A stretch of 55,879 nucleotides of DNA, from positions 510,640 through 566,518 of the forward strand of contig BFEA01000025.1 of the NCBI GenBank assembly GCA_003427395.1, read 5' to 3'. The notes below the pieces were generated by a model. It was not told the DNA's origin, made no database searches, and worked only from the letters and a program-made list of their open reading frames with translations. Made by a program: the position numbers and the translations under genes. Origin of the DNA: Chara braunii (Eukaryota > Plantae > Charophyceae). Of this stretch, positions 37,033 through 51,500 are shown in pieces. The first letter of the stretch is position 1; the number at the start of each line of letters is the position of its first letter.

Positions 37033-37799
37033 CGCTCGACTTAGGGGAGGAATTCTCCCTCATCTTTCTCTTCATGTATGCCCGCAGACTGATAACACTT
37101 ACGAATTGGCAAACATGTCACGCGCCAGATGGATTACATCGAGACATTTAGCCAACCCAAAGGGCTCAATGGCTGTGAAAACAGATCTTGGTGGATTTTG
37201 GACTGCAGAGTGAGTTCGGTTTCGCCGGCCTCATGATGCAAAAAGTGGCAGAATGAATTCCAGTCCAATCGTCTTTGCAATTCTGGTTTTTTTTTTCCCC
37301 CCCCTAAATGTTTCACCCATCTGGGAAGCACATGTTTTTTGGAAAGCCGAAAGGCATGTCTCGCCCTTATCCGCTAATTGAGTGGACAAAATTAACATAC
37401 TATCCTGGAATATGTGTGGCCTAGATACTAGAAGGGTCGAGCACAAACGCTCTTTGATCAAGATTGCAACTAGAAATCACAATGCGAAGATTATATGTTT
37501 ACAAGAAATAAAGTTGGATCATGAGGCAATAAATTCACAATTGTCTTGGTGGCGGGGCCCTCAATTTTGGGCCCCGACCATTGGAATCAAGGTGGGGTTA
37601 GCAGTTTTGTTTGCTCCAACATTGCCAATAATTTTCAAATACTATTTGTGGGACTCGGATGGAAAGTGGGTATGGGCTGCTTTCGAAATGGATGGATTGA
37701 TGCGGGCGACTCATATGCTCCTTCAGATCTTAGGTCCAGGGAAATCTTTTTCGAATTCTTGTCGAGCATTGTTTCCAAGGGGCAGTAGCAGCTGGCCCG

Positions 37800-38930
37800 G
37801 TACTGGGCGGTGAGTGACCGAGATTGGTTTCCACTGCCAGCGGCGCTTATTCTGCCACCAAGGCTTCCACAACATGCATTGTGATGCATCAAGTTCCCCC
37901 AGTTTCTTGTTCGGATCCAACCATAGTTCCTCAAACAGGGCTATTTGTTTGTTCTCCGGAGTTGGTATGTCATTTGAGCTAGGAAGTCGTTTAGTTGGGT
38001 CCAGACCTTGTAGATGGCAGTGCAAACAGTATCAATGATGTGCGATCTAGGTTGTTGGTATCCGAAGAGGTTTTCTTTGAATTTCTTTCCGCGCGTGAGA
38101 ACATCTGGCTCGCCAAGTTGTCATCGGTACTTCCAGCTTGGTGAGCGAGAAGAGGTTCGTCCGAAACGGCGTTCATGTTCGTGCATTGTTGGGCAGCTGA
38201 TCTAGTAGTATAACTGCTGGGTCCCTAGGAAGTTATGTCCCATGAAGTATAGCCATGCAGCGCTCCACCACTGCCATATCTTCTTTGCCACCGGACAGAA
38301 GAGGAGACAGTGCACAGAATCTGGAATTTGCTTCGGGGTAGATTTACCACAGTAGGTACAGATAGGCGGCGTCATTTGCTTTTGTTCTAGTTGTGAGCGG
38401 GACACCACCCAGTTAGGGGTTGGTAGGCATCTATAAAGAATTTGTGTGAGATGTGGACATCAGTTGGGCATAGCGAGATTAGGTAATCTTCCTGGTCTGT
38501 GAGTGTGGAGTCTCGTTTCCACCGGTCTTTTACTGTTTTTGTGATGTCTGTCTTCCTATGTATTTTTCTGTAGCAATCCTTCACTTTGAACTTCCAGAGG
38601 GGGAGCGACTTAGCACCCTCCTAGTGCCAGAGGGATTGTTGATTCGTACCCATACCAACTGTCCTTGTCATCCCAAAACCCTAACCAGAATGAGAGCGGT
38701 CTAGGGTTGTCGGGTGTCTAAGTTTGCGTTTTTCTTTTAGCAGGGTCAGCCGAGCCCCCCACAGTTCCAGTTCACAAGCCTTCAACTCCCCCTGCTCTGC
38801 CATGCAATTGCTCACCTTAAATATGACCACTGAGGAGGGGAGTGCTGTCACAGGTACCACCTAGTCTCCTTTCTGGACTCGCGGGACTTGTTTAAGGGCC
38901 CTGAGCCAGGCAATGGGGACAACTTTTTGA
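37800..38930 (-). pseudogene. L1 ORF2 C-terminal (zf-RVT) fragment
   Basis: CTYCGK...DSVHCLLFCPVAKKIWQWW and Trp-rich tail. Confidence 0.75.
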
Positions 38931-40579
38931 AGGGTATTGAATACCAATGAAGATTATCTATAATCTACACCATGTATTCATATTAATCTATATCAATATC
39001 TCTATACACTTAAAGATTGCAAAGGGCCCAGCGTGACGCTTCCCGCTGGGCCCAGCGAAATTCTGTGCGGCCGCGGGCGGGACTGGGGCAAGGGAAGAAA
39101 TCAGCGGCGGCTTTTCGCGGAGGGACTGCGGGCGGGACTGAGGGTGGCGGCGTTTCGTGGTGACCGCATGTGGACCTGTGTGCATATCGACCAGTGCGAG
39201 AGTGCGGTGTGGCCCTGCGGGTTTTTTTTCTTTGGGCCGTGGTGTAGGGCGCAGGCGAGACAGATGACGTTATCCGAGCGTTTTTTTACGGCGATCTACA
39301 GTGGTTGTATGTGCAGTGCAGTGCGCGGGGTATGGCATGGTGGAGGGATGGTAGCCGGGTGCGGACTGTGGGAGTGTCGTGTTTGAGCTATGGCGCGATT
39401 GCCAGCAGGGCGTCGTGGACCGGCAACGACGCGTGCGCGTGCGGGCAGTGTGCGTGGTGGGGGAGTGGGCCGAACCTAAAGACGCGTGCGCGTCGGCGAA
39501 CTGTGCGTGGACGATGCACAAGGGGGAAGAGGAGGTGGCACAAGGAAGAGGGGGAGGAGCAGGCCGCACGAGGAGGACGAGAGGTTGCAGCGGAGGTCGG
39601 AAGGGAGGTTGGAGGAGGTCGCGCGAGTGGTTTGAGGAGGCCAGACGAGGACACATGACCGGGAGGAGAAGGTGGCGTAAGGAGGAGGAGGAGCTGGATG
39701 AGGTCAGTAGAGAGGTGTGAGAAGGTCGCGAGAGGGGGAGGAGGACGCTGTGCAAGGGGGAGGCATGGGTCGTGGGAGGGGTAGGAGCAGGTCGCACGCT
39801 TGGGACGAGAGGTTGCAGGAGGTCATGCGGCAGGGGAAGGAGGAGGTCGTGCTAGGGGGAGGATTTCGTCCGAGCGGGAGGGGGTCGTGAGGAGGACAAG
39901 GATGTCACGATAGGGGGAGGAGGTTGCACAAGGGGGCGCACACTGTCGGAGGGGGCAGTGTCCTGGCCCTCCGTTGGTATCGAGTACCTGCTCATATACT
40001 CCTGATGAGTACCCTATGCCTGCTCCAGGCAGGATTCGCTGTGTACCTGTTGCCAACCCTGGAGACTGTGTACCACACGGGTGCCCCAGGCATGTCCGGG
40101 CGCTGCTCTACTGCGGACAGGTCCGGTTAGTGTTTACCTCAACAAAAGGATGGGGGTGCGCCATTGGACTTTCCTTTTGTCCATGCAGGCTCGGCCCTGT
40201 TGAACAGCAGAGCACTACCGGCCTTTGGCCTCGGTAGCCGCCAGGCTCGCCCAGGGACGTGAAGGTAGAGAGACCGGCGCAGTTTTTTCTACCGCGGGCC
40301 GAGTGCCCCTAGCTAAGTTATGGGTTACATGCACGGAGTTGCTGTCACAATCGAGCGGAAAAGAATTAAAGAAAGAAAAAGAAAGGAAAATAAAAAGCGA
40401 AAGGAAGTCGTGTGTCAGGTCTGCGCGCTGATCTGACCCCTTGCTTTAGTTTGGGATGATCTAGCGGCTTCTGGTCGTAACGACGTTATAATTTCCTTCT
40501 TTTTTCTTGCTTTTGTTATTATTATTTTCGTTAATTTTACCAGCTATCCTTTCGAGCCTGCTTCCTTTTTCAGCCCTTC

Positions 40580-43500
40580 TGTCACTTCGCGGGGGGGGGC
40601 TAACGGTTCATTTTCGAACCTTGGTTGCAAGTTGGCAGCCAGATCACGTTCAACTCATTTTCGATATGACTAATTGAGCGCTGCATAGCGGGACCCCAAA
40701 AGAAGGGGCAACCCGCGACCGCTTTGGTAGGAGGGTTATTACCTCCTCTGAAAGGTCATAAGCCTCCTCCTTGCCATCGGACACGGGTACTCATGAGGGG
40801 TAGTCCGACGACCTCCTTTTGAAAGGAGGGACACGTCCGCCAGTATCCCATTATGGGAACACTACGTCGAGCCTGTGGTCGTTTCATACAAAAAATGAAG
40901 CGACTAGTGATTGACGGCTAAGTGAGCCACTTGTGTTATGACCGTTGGGGTTCGGCTTCCTGTTTTTTCCTTTTTTATTTTACTCGCCTTATTAAAATTT
41001 TGAAAAGCAATTTTTCCTTTCAATTTTACGGAGTATGAAAAAGGTATTTGAATCCCTCGTTCAGAGCACGGGGATCGCGGTAAGCAACGATCCTATAAAA
41101 GTTTAGGAAAACGAGCCTTCGTCCACTTGGACTTAAGCAGTCATGTTACGTCGAGCACGGCTGAGTTAAAGGGGGAGGACCGAGCGGCGAAGTGAACGCG
41201 TGAGTTCCTTTGTGCGCACATGCCCTGAGCGTTTGGTTTTGGCTATTGCGGAGCCGGCAGACAGGTACCGTATAGGGCCTGGTCGGAAAAGGCTCGATCA
41301 TGGTGCGCAGTAGCGGGTTATATGGGTACAGGCCGAGGTACCTCCAGTTTCTCTGAAGGTGGGAGCGAATGTCAGGCGAGGGGTCTGTCGTGACGACTAT
41401 GTTGGACTACATTCGATGCAACCAGGAGTCCAGGCTGAAAATGAACGTGGAAGGAGGGAAAGAAGAAGAAATGAGGGCAGATCAGGGTCTGCAGTTGACG
41501 ATCACGGAGGCTAAGGACAGAGTCGAGAGGTATAAGACGAGACGGGGTCACGGATGAAATCAAGGTGACCGTCTCGTACGTAGAGGGAGAGACCTCGACG
41601 GACACTACAAAGAGGGAACAACGGCACCTAGACTGCGACACGGAAGCAGAGAGTGAGGAGAGTGACCAGGAAGTCCGGACCCAGTCTTGGCATGGACTGA
41701 ACCAGTGGCGGCGGAATCCCCCAACTGCGGAACCTATGGAAAGTGGCCCAGAGGCCAACTCGCGACGACGATGTACTTGGGGGCGCTAAGCAGTCATGGG
41801 AAAGAAGGAGGGCGCTAGGCAGTTGCAAAAGAAAGACGTGCATGACAATCAAAAGAGAGAGAGGGGGGGAGAGGGCAATTTACTTCTTGACGTCAGCTTG
41901 ACTCCCATGCGCGACGACAGGGTAGTGGGCAGTGACCACTGCTACAGTCGTTTCCGAACGAGTAGAGGAAAGGAAGGGAGTCTATGTGTGTGCTCTGGTT
42001 GGACAGCTAATGAGGCGTTGTGCTAACCTCTATGTGTGCGGGGAAACATCGTGTGTCTGAGTATGTGAGTAGCATGACGCTGCGCTAATTAGGTCATGTG
42101 TTGGGAGAGACGGGTATTCCCCCTGTCCGTTGTCATCACTACCTATCTGGTCTGAATGATCTTCTTGCTCGCCTCTAAAAGCAATGAGCGAGTGAATGGT
42201 GTTAAGATGGGAGTTGATCAACGCGCACGATTCTTCTACGACAACGCGTAACTTAACGATTTAAGCTCATCAGGCTCCTGCTGGTTAACTACAAGGGGGG
42301 TCAAACATGCTCTTAGAAACTATCATTTTGTTCACTCTCGTTGACATCTTGAGACAATGTTCCACGCGCGGGTTGTCGCTTCATGTCTCGCCCTCATCAT
42401 AGCCAGCGTGTACCACTTGTGCATGAACTCGTTGTGGTCACCATAGTCATTCCAATGTTGTCGGTGTATGATTAGTGGGACACTGTATTGACTATCGCCT
42501 ACGCAGAGAGTAGGTGCGAGGCGGTGAAAAGGTGCATGCATGTGTGAGCGGGTGGTGCGCACCGGAGGGTGAGGAGACAAGCATGGACGAGAGGGACATC
42601 GGTAGAAGGGAAGGCGGTGCTGAAAGATAGTCAGGCGAACATGCAGAGGACGCGTAAACACGTGCAAGTAAGAAAAGTGGTCAGGCTAACGGAAAGTAAG
42701 AGGTTGATGACGCAACCTTTGAGCCAACAGTTGCTGGCATTGGTTTCACATTGACCATCAGGGACGAGTTCTTTGGCGTCAGGGGCTTCTAGTCCTTCAT
42801 GTCAAGGTTTTTCGTTGAGATCTAGTTAACCTCCACGGCCAGTCATGAGTCTCCGGGCTTTTGAGATTGTCACGCATGAGTGTCTACTTGGAGTTGTTCC
42901 TGCTGCTGACCGAGGGGTGCTCGCCATAACTAATCAAGAACTGGCTATTACTGTACCGACTATCGGAATCATAGTCGTTTATTGCTGCCTCGATTCTAGA
43001 AGTTATTAACTAAGCGTAACCCTAGCCTTTATTGTGTTGTTTTCGAGAACCGTAGTCGAGTACGATTAGACTATAGTTGTGTCGGTTTTTCTTGGAGCAT
43101 AACAGGAAGTGATCTGGACGCCGTCACGTGAATTACCATCTGCCTTCGTAGGCATAGACAAGCTTATCAGTAAACGGATTACGAGGACGATGAATCGTGT
43201 GCTGAAAGCAGATAGAGTGTCTAGGTTGGAATGATAAACGGTGACTGTGTTTGAATGGGGAGGGGAGCTTAATCATAGATAAGGCCTATGATTGATTCGC
43301 TTGAAAACCTCCTCGTCTCCCCTCTTTTGTTCCTCAGTCTACTTATGCCTCTCTTCCTTATTTTTATGTTTATGTTTACTTAATACAATCATTGCCCCCT
43401 TTCGTTTGCTCCCCCTGACCTCTCGTTGCAAGGACAATCGGTGCAGTGTAGTCATGCNNNNNNNNNNNNNNNNNNNNNNNNNNNNNNNNNNNNNNNNNNN

Positions 43501-46500
43501 NNNNNNNNNNNNNNNNNNNNNNNNNNNNNNNNNNNNNNNNNNNNNNNNNNNNNNNNNNNNNNNNNNNNNNNNNNNNNNNNNNNNNNNNNNNNNNNNNNNN
43601 NNNNNNNNNNNNNNNNNTGCCCCCTTTCGTTTGCTCCCCCTGACCTCTCGTTGCAAGGACAATCGGTGCAGTGTAGTCATGCACGGGTCATTTAATTGGG
43701 TTTGCGGGCTTGCGGGCGTGCTCAGACTGCATGTATCTTTTTGTTGAAGCTCTAGCCACCTATTTAAGTGGGACAAAACTGTGTGATCCTGGGTCTACCC
43801 TAAGATAGGGCACAATGCGGTTAACCAGGGGTGTTATTTTTGATGAATTTTGCACCGAATTGCACTGAAACTGTCATATTGTGCTGATTTTTTGCTTTTT
43901 TTTTTTTTTTTTTATATATGTGCTTTAGGGTACGTCATGTGTGNAGTTTTGACATGTTTGGATCAATAATGAAAAAGTTGGCATTTTGTTAAATTCGTTG
44001 GACGCCTCATTTTGACTCTAATAGTGTCTTTGTGTTAGGGTTTCATAGTGTTTTTTTGTTTTTTTTTTGTTCTTTTTGGCCTGTTTCCTTTTTTGATGTT
44101 TGCACTATGGTCTCATATCGTTTGTTTTTCAAATTTTTGATGAAATTTACACCGCAATTGCCAACGAAAACGACGAATATTTGGGCCCCCGTTAACCGTC
44201 TCTCCACAATGCGGGTAACCTAATCTCATCCGCTCACCTGCATGTGATGAGCAAAAAAAAGTCCGTTCTCAGAAGAGTCGCCTACCTTCTGGCAAAATAC
44301 CTTCTTGATGGTGATTGAAGTGTGAGGTAGTATTTATGAGTGAAGCTAAAGGAAAACGGACATGAAAAGAGATTAAATGCACGAGGGGGGGGGGGGATCG
44401 AAATGAACCCCTTACGCTACCTCGTTAGTATAATTAGATGAGTCGGAAGTCTCGCAATCTAATGAAAGAGGGCAAGCACAAGGCCCATGGCGTAAACCTG
44501 GGGATCCTTCATGTGACTCGACACCTGCGGTTATCTCATCTTTAATGCTCAGAATAGCCTTTTAAACAAGAAATCATATCTACAGCTTTATGTGTATTAC
44601 TAGGACGGAACTGTCGTTAATGAACCGTTGTAACAAGTCGGCTAAGCTTCAAGTTGTTCCACATCGTTGTACACGTTCTGACCTCTTCAGGGAAAACATT
44701 TCGCGTTATGGGAAGGTAAAGCTTCACTCAAAAAATATTGCACGAAATGAGGGTGAGTCTTGCGTTCAGGAGCTCGCGTAATGTATAAGTGGATTTTGCA
44801 CCGGGGGCTCTATGCTGAATAAGAGATTCCTCGTGATGAACGGATGAGCCATTCGCAGAAAGCTCATGTGACCAATTGTTGTGAGTAAAATAAGGCCCTG
44901 TGGGTAGCGCAACTCTCGAACCCAGTTACATCTATGTTCAGCTAAGTCCTTCGTGGTGCTCTAGTGTTGGTAACTGCCAACAGTATTTGGCGTGTGACCC
45001 GGGGCTGGTTGTTACTGCTTGTGGTCAGTTTGATGACTCTAACAGGGTTTACCAGCAAGCACCCACCGCTGCCTAATGGAAAACCAGGGTTGTACCTGGA
45101 CCATTATTTAAGGAGAAAATTCCCAGAATCTTAAGGGCATGGGCAAGTTAGTCTTACATCTTGATTGCCTTGATCCGAGTTTTCTAGTTGTGCTGAGAGA
45201 GAATCAGCTACGGTCGAATTATCAAGGGCCCTATTGAGTAACTCGTGATGGGGTGACCGAGACGTGATTCTACTCAAGCTCGTTTGCCCCTCACTCTGGT
45301 AACTCTGGTAACTCTGGTACAAAGGCACCTTAGACCGCGAGGCGAATCGCCACTAGTCGTTGCACTCTTCACTGACAGCCAATCGTTAATCGCAAGATGA
45401 AAGTAACTTTCTAAGCTCTCGAATGATAAGGATTTTCACACTCTATCTTAACTCGTTAAAAGTGGACGGGGCAACTTAGACTATCATTGCTAAGAAAGTG
45501 AGAAAATATGGGAAGTAAGAGCACACTAGCAATGTTATGTACACTTCATCGGGACAGAGTAGAAGGTTGGGTGGAGACGGCCGTCGGAGATATCAAATAC
45601 CATATAAACTTCATGAAGGCCCAGGCGCTAGAGCTAGTGAAAGAGAATAAATTAATCGAGTATACCATTTATTTCTATGGAATAGACGACCAGCTACATA
45701 GTATAGGTTCCTCATTAGAAACAGTAGAACAAGCCAAGACAAAGTTTTGGAATGCATGAGCTCAAGTGTGGAGACGTCCAATTCCTCTACTCTCTGATTT
45801 TCAAAGAGTTGACCTCCAGGATTTTTCCAGAAAATTGTACATCGTCTTCCAGTCTTCAGTAAACAGAACGATCCGCCGAGGTCCAACGAAGTCGGGATTA
45901 AAAGGTTGTTTCTCCCCGTCAAAATCCTCAAAATAGTACCCTGTCGCCGGCGGTTAACTCCTAGTGTTTTGGAGTCTGGCAACATGGTTGTCTAAAGGAA
46001 TTATCAAACTCCTTGCTGGAATCGGTCTTTATTCTTTTAACACCCAAGCCAACAGCAATCAAACAACACTCTTGCTTCCATGGAATCAGTGGACCGAGCA
46101 CGGAGGGTCGTCAAGAGCCAGTAGTAAGAACGAAAAGTAATAAAATATCTTGTGAGCAGCTCGTGTAACTTCGTAAAGATGAATTGGTAAGGTGGGGATC
46201 ACTCGACAACATTCGGAGATCAAAAGTGAGAGGGAACGTTCGACACTATCAGGAGACAAACTGTGTTCAAGTATACTGTGCGTTAGCGGGCTCTGATTTG
46301 TGAGAACAATTTGCACAATCGTTCTACTTGATCGAGTCATGTTAACCACGGAAATCATAAGAAAACCAGCAGTGGAACTGTCACGTGAATACAGTCCAAT
46401 CATACTCAGTCAGAAGGTCAGTACTGGTAAGTCTCAATCAGATAGCTCCCAAGGATGTTTTCCAATACAGATATGCAGTGTCAATGTGGAGGGTTTCACA

Positions 46501-47100
46501 CAGGGAGATTTGTCAATCTTCGTTGTTCTCACCAGTTTCGCAGAGGGAACTATTCATGACCTGAGACTCTACGCGAAAAAAGGGCAAGGAAACTCATGAG
46601 CACTATGATTCTGTCTGGATCTCAGCCGCAAAGTATCTTAAGGAGAGAGAACGTGTGCTCGATGAGAGTGGAAGAAAGTTGATCCGCAACTTTGGGCCCA
46701 AGCTTTACACTCACTACCCCAAGCCTCCGGTACCATTCACTCTCACTGACGGTTCTTACTAAGGTGACCTGGTAGATCTGGCCAAGAGGTATATTTCACC
46801 TGCAGCGATCGACTATGAGGCAGTGACCGAACCATCAGAGTTCCGCATCTCAGACGAGGGATCTTCTCTCAGTCATATCTTCCTACTATGTGGAAGGAGT
46901 TTTGTGCTATGGTTGATTTCCATATAATGGGACTTGGCTGGAACTGATCCGAACTTTCAGGTGGCTCTATATTTAGAGACCACAACCTCAGGTAGTAAGG
47001 AGACATGGCTCAAAGCACAAAAAACGCACAGCAAATTGAGGGATTGAGTGTATGACTTTGAGGGATGAGTGAGGACTTTTGACTAGTGTTAGCCATGTTT
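40580..47100 (+). mobile_element. Highly decayed LTR-retrotransposon-like material, boundaries uncertain
   Basis: PBS-like TGG after CA at ~41301 and ~44988; weak gag-like translated fragments at 45500-46700; no pol motifs found. Confidence 0.35.
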
Positions 47101-47519
47101 TCTTTATGTGTGCTCTCTGAGACTATTACGAGTTTTCATTTTTCCCTCATTTATCTTGTTATTGGTCGAGTTAGTCGGTCTTGCTCCATTTGCATTGACT
47201 TTGCTTGATGATTGCGTTTTCTGATGATTCTTGTCACGGTTCGCAAAATTAGAAAAATTGGCAAAATTCATGCATACATGACATACCAGAATTTTATGAT
47301 TAATATTTGCATGATTATTGATGTTTCGAATCAAAATAAGAGCTTCCTAAGACCTGGGACTGGCGAAGACCGCAAATGAAGGGTCTCGCTCGAAACCGAA
47401 CACACACAACAGGAAGGGATTTGCTTTAATTAATTGATTTTATTTATTGTGTGTGACAGTCTGTTGGCCTTCTGGTCGTCCGAAGAGGTCCGACTAGAAA
47501 AACTGCGACAACTCGCACA

Positions 47520-47555
<36 letters not shown>

Positions 47556-47915
47556 GGAGAGAGAGAGAGAGAAAGGGGGGGGGGGGGGGGGGGGGAAATT
47601 GTCATATTTTCCTCCAAATGTCGAGAAGATGTTGTTGGTCATTTTAGGGGGGGTGTTAATTGACCAAATACCCCCATAAGTTGGGATATATGTCAAAATA
47701 TCCCTAAAAATTGAGCGTTTTTTTTGCAGTTGCATCCACCAAAAGTTGACAACTACCGAGGCATTTTGCAAAGTTGGACGTTGTTTGGTAGGGTGCATTT
47801 CAAAAATGCGGTCCAACGGATGTCTGGGGTGTGTTTGCAAAATGTTTTTGGTGTCGTCCTTGACCGCAGCATAGTTGCGGGAGGTCCACTTGTAATATTA
47901 AAATATATATATAAA

Positions 47916-48056
47916 CTAGGCTACCAGAGTGGCCCGGGTCCACTTGCCCGGCCCAGCCAAAAAAAAAAAAAAAAAAAAAACAGAACTGCCCGGTAAAACC
48001 GTAGGCAGAGAGAGAGAAGAGGACAACAAACGAGGGGCTGTGGCAGTTCTATTTGA

Positions 48057-48093
<37 letters not shown>

Positions 48094-48306
48094 AAATATA
48101 TTTTATTTTAAAGTTGGTAAGGAATTTCGATGTGACCCTAAGGCAAAAGTTGTTCAATTTATTTTTCTGCATAACATAGTTGTTTTTTGGATTTTTTGGA
48201 TATTTGTTTTTTTTTTTTTTTTTTTGGCTGGGACCTTCCTTAGTCCTTGTACGGTCGGGCCGCCCAGGAAAATAGGGTGACCCAGGCAGCCCGGCTGGTA
48301 GCCTAG
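47916..48306. mobile_element. MITE, same family as 9943-10597
   Basis: Perfect TIR CTAGGCTACCAG...CTGGTAGCCTAG; 8-bp TSD TATATAAA (47908-47915 and 48307-48314). Confidence 0.92.
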
Positions 48307-48559
48307 TATATAAATATATTATGAATAATTAGTTTTTTTATTAAATGTGTATTTAAATTATATATTAAAATTTGGATTTTCATTTCTTGTTTGATTTTAG
48401 ATTTGTTGTACTTTTATATTACATTAAGAAAATATTCATAAATATTTTTTTCCCATTTTGTATAATCTCTTTTTTTTATGAAGTTTTTTTTTTCTTTAGT
48501 CTGTAAGGATTTATCGAGAAGTTTCAATATTACTCATAAGCGAAAAATAATAATAATAA

Positions 48560-51500
48560 TAATAATAATAAAATTATTTATTTATTTATTTTGTAAAGGT
48601 AAGTACATTTTTCCTTCTTTATTTTCCATGAACTGTTTTTTTTTTCCATAAGGGCCCAGTGCCCAAGGCAGTGCAAACCAGCTGAAATAAAGAGACATAT
48701 TCGGGGGTCGTAAGGCCTCCAAACCTAATCTGTGAGGTGGACCCCCTCCTCTGTTATAACAAGTAGTAAAAAGAAGTGGCGGAGAAAAACAACACCAAAG
48801 AAATCTATACTATTACAGTCCTTAGTCCTTTTTTATAATTAGTAAAAAAATGTACCTATCAGTCAATGTATCTTTAAATTGAACAAGTGAGAACAAAAAG
48901 TTGAGGAAATATACTTGAAAAAGCAGAGGAAACATGTGCCGAAGTTACACAGGGTGCAGGAATGGGTTAAATCTACAGTCCTTTGAGCAGGGAAGAGCAG
49001 GAGGTCCAATGTTGACGAAACCAATGTACCCATGCTCGCAAGTTTGAAGCCTTACCAAGTCTATGAACCCAGTCAAGGTAGATGATGTGTCTCATGTTTT
49101 TTTTAATGCGAGAGAGCACCATGAGACCACACCATTCTGTTGCCGCCATAGATGTCATAGGACCGTTGCCCTAACTGATTCAAAAACGTAAGCTTGAGCT
49201 TTAGAGAGGTGAAGGGTGATCGTTCCAAATAGAATTGATTCATCTGACCACAAGTCTCCTCATTGGAGGGGCAGACGGGATTGGTGTACAAGGTATGTCC
49301 AAACAGGTCGAACATTCCCACAATTAATCCAAAGATGGTGTTGATCTTCAACGAGATGGGGAACCAAGCAAGCTGCACAAAAAGGCAAGTCTTGACGTCG
49401 GCGGCGAAACAAAAATGTAGCAGTAGGCACCACATTATGTAGAAGTTGCCAAAACAGCCCCGCATGTTTTGCCACTCGTAACGCCGGTAGGAGGAGCGAA
49501 AAAGTTGATAGGCGTTGCGGTTGGATGATATAACCAAGAGCTCTCCACTTGGTGACAACACTCCAATCTATGTCCACATCAGGTAGAAGCAAAAGATAAT
49601 ATGCAAGTCGTAAATCACAGGAAACTGTAGCAATTTTGTAAGGAAGGTAAGAGATATTAAGACATTTCTGTTGCTCCAGAACACAAACAGCCATTAACTG
49701 AAGAAGAGTATAAACGATAGAAGTTCGAGAAGATTTGGTGAGTGTAGTTCCCAAACCAATGTGCCCATTTGTCGCTGTCCAGGCAGTCATCTCTCATTCT
49801 TCATCTGTTACTTCAAGTTTTTGTTCCAATCTACACAGTTTGTAAAGCGGTTGTGAGATTATCTCACAAAACCAGAAATCGGGTAAGTATCGATGCTGAG
49901 AGATGATTTGCGTCCATTCTGGTGGAATGACATTAAGTATGATGCTAAAATTTTGTCTCCATTCTCGATGTCCAACCAATAAATCTTGCATTTGCAACTC
50001 TTGGTCCCAAGTATTGGAGGTGAAATCCCACAAATGGGCCAAGGTAGCTACACCACGAGACATCCAACTCCGTTCGAACGAGCATGTGCCCAGCACAGGA
50101 AAAGGTTGGCCATCAAGAGTCAAAATACAGGGATTGTCGAAGATTGGCTGAGACAATAGACGATCACTTTGCAAAACGAGGGTGAGTCACATAGGGAGAA
50201 TGAGCTTCCAAGTTGTCAGTATAGACTTCCAAATCCCAGACAAAGTCGATTTGCGGCAGTACTCAGGCATAAAAAGGGCCAAATAAACAATGTCGGGGTC
50301 AGTTTGCAAAGCAAAGTTTGTTGACAACAAGGTTTTGACGAGGGTTTTCCAGGTTGCAGAGTCATCTGCAAAAATAAATCTGGTCACCCATTTGGTCAAA
50401 AGTGCACTAATCTGCAGATGTGGATCCAACACTCTCAAACCACCTTTATTCTTTTTGTGAATGATTTTGTTCCAAGCAACTTTGGAAATAAAATTTTGTT
50501 CATTAATTTTTTCATTCCAAATGTAATTAGTTGCAGCGCGCTTTATATGGTGGTAAACTAATGAAGGCAGAGCTTTCATGGAGTGCTCGTACCAAATTTA
50601 GCAAAAACGACATTGTTAATGATTAGTGCTCAGTCATAGAGCCCAACTCCTTTAGCCTTGACCCATCAAGTTAATACGAAATTGATTCTTTCCACAATCT
50701 GTTGTGAAGTCTGACCTATGTCACCCTGTAAATTGACATGATACTCAAGCAATCTTTGAACTTCTTGAGAAGTCACAATTGAAATTCCCCAGTGATGAGG
50801 TGGAGGGCAGTGTAGAGAAATAATCAAAAATATTTTTTGTTAACTGAATTTAGCTTCTGAAACATGTGAAAAGGAGTCGATAGTTTGTTTGAGAGCGGCA
50901 AGAACACCATCATCAAGTAGAACAAACTGCGATTTGTCATCAACAAAGGTTTGACCCTTGGCTTCACAATCCGAGGGAAAGCGTAGACCTACGACCCGAG
51001 AATCAGCTCTTATCATCGCGTGCAAAGCTTCAATATAAAGAATATATAGGTACGGCGCTAAAGGGCACCCTTGCCTCACAGACCTTATTAACAAAATGAG
51101 TTCTGAAAGTTTTCTATTGACTATCAACCGTGTAGTAGCGCCTAAGAACAATGCCCATACTGCATTCACAAACTTGGGGCCAAAATTCAATCTTCGAAGA
51201 TTCTGAAGCAAAAAGAGGAATTCTCAGTTGACCCGATCATAGGCTTTTTCGAAATCAAGGAGGAGGACAACCACCGGTTGCTCGGTCCGGTTGATGTATT
51301 ACATGCCTTGACAGAAAGTCATTACTGTGTCTAAGATTTGACGGTTCTGTATAAAGTCAGTCTGATCTTTATGAATCAAGTTAGGCAGCACTTCTTGTAT
51401 TCGATTTGCTAGCATTCTAGATATCACCTTATAAAGGGTAGTGGTAAGTGTAATCGGTCGTTTATTACGGATCTGCGTTTTATCACCTTTCTTATGAACA

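Larger units (their letters stand above)
32983..37800 (+). mobile_element. Decayed L1-clade LINE 5' part (5' tandem repeats, ORF1, start of ORF2 endonuclease), interrupted by two insertions
   Basis: Three ~28-bp repeats at 32983-33096; ORF1-like YKVRFRPW...FWIRVLKIPYVAL; APE start DKINILSWNMCGL...IICLQEIKL at 37382. Confidence 0.75.

Noticed and set aside
38987-39080. Helitron-like 5' end (A|TCTATAT...AAAG)
   Set aside because: No convincing hairpin-CTAG 3' end could be paired with it
42004-42015. CAGCTAATGAGG match to U4 snRNA
   Set aside because: Only 12 nt with no flanking similarity; consistent with chance
43393-43682. ~65-bp direct repeat flanking an N gap
   Set aside because: Identical sequence on both sides of a scaffold gap is most likely an unmerged contig overlap
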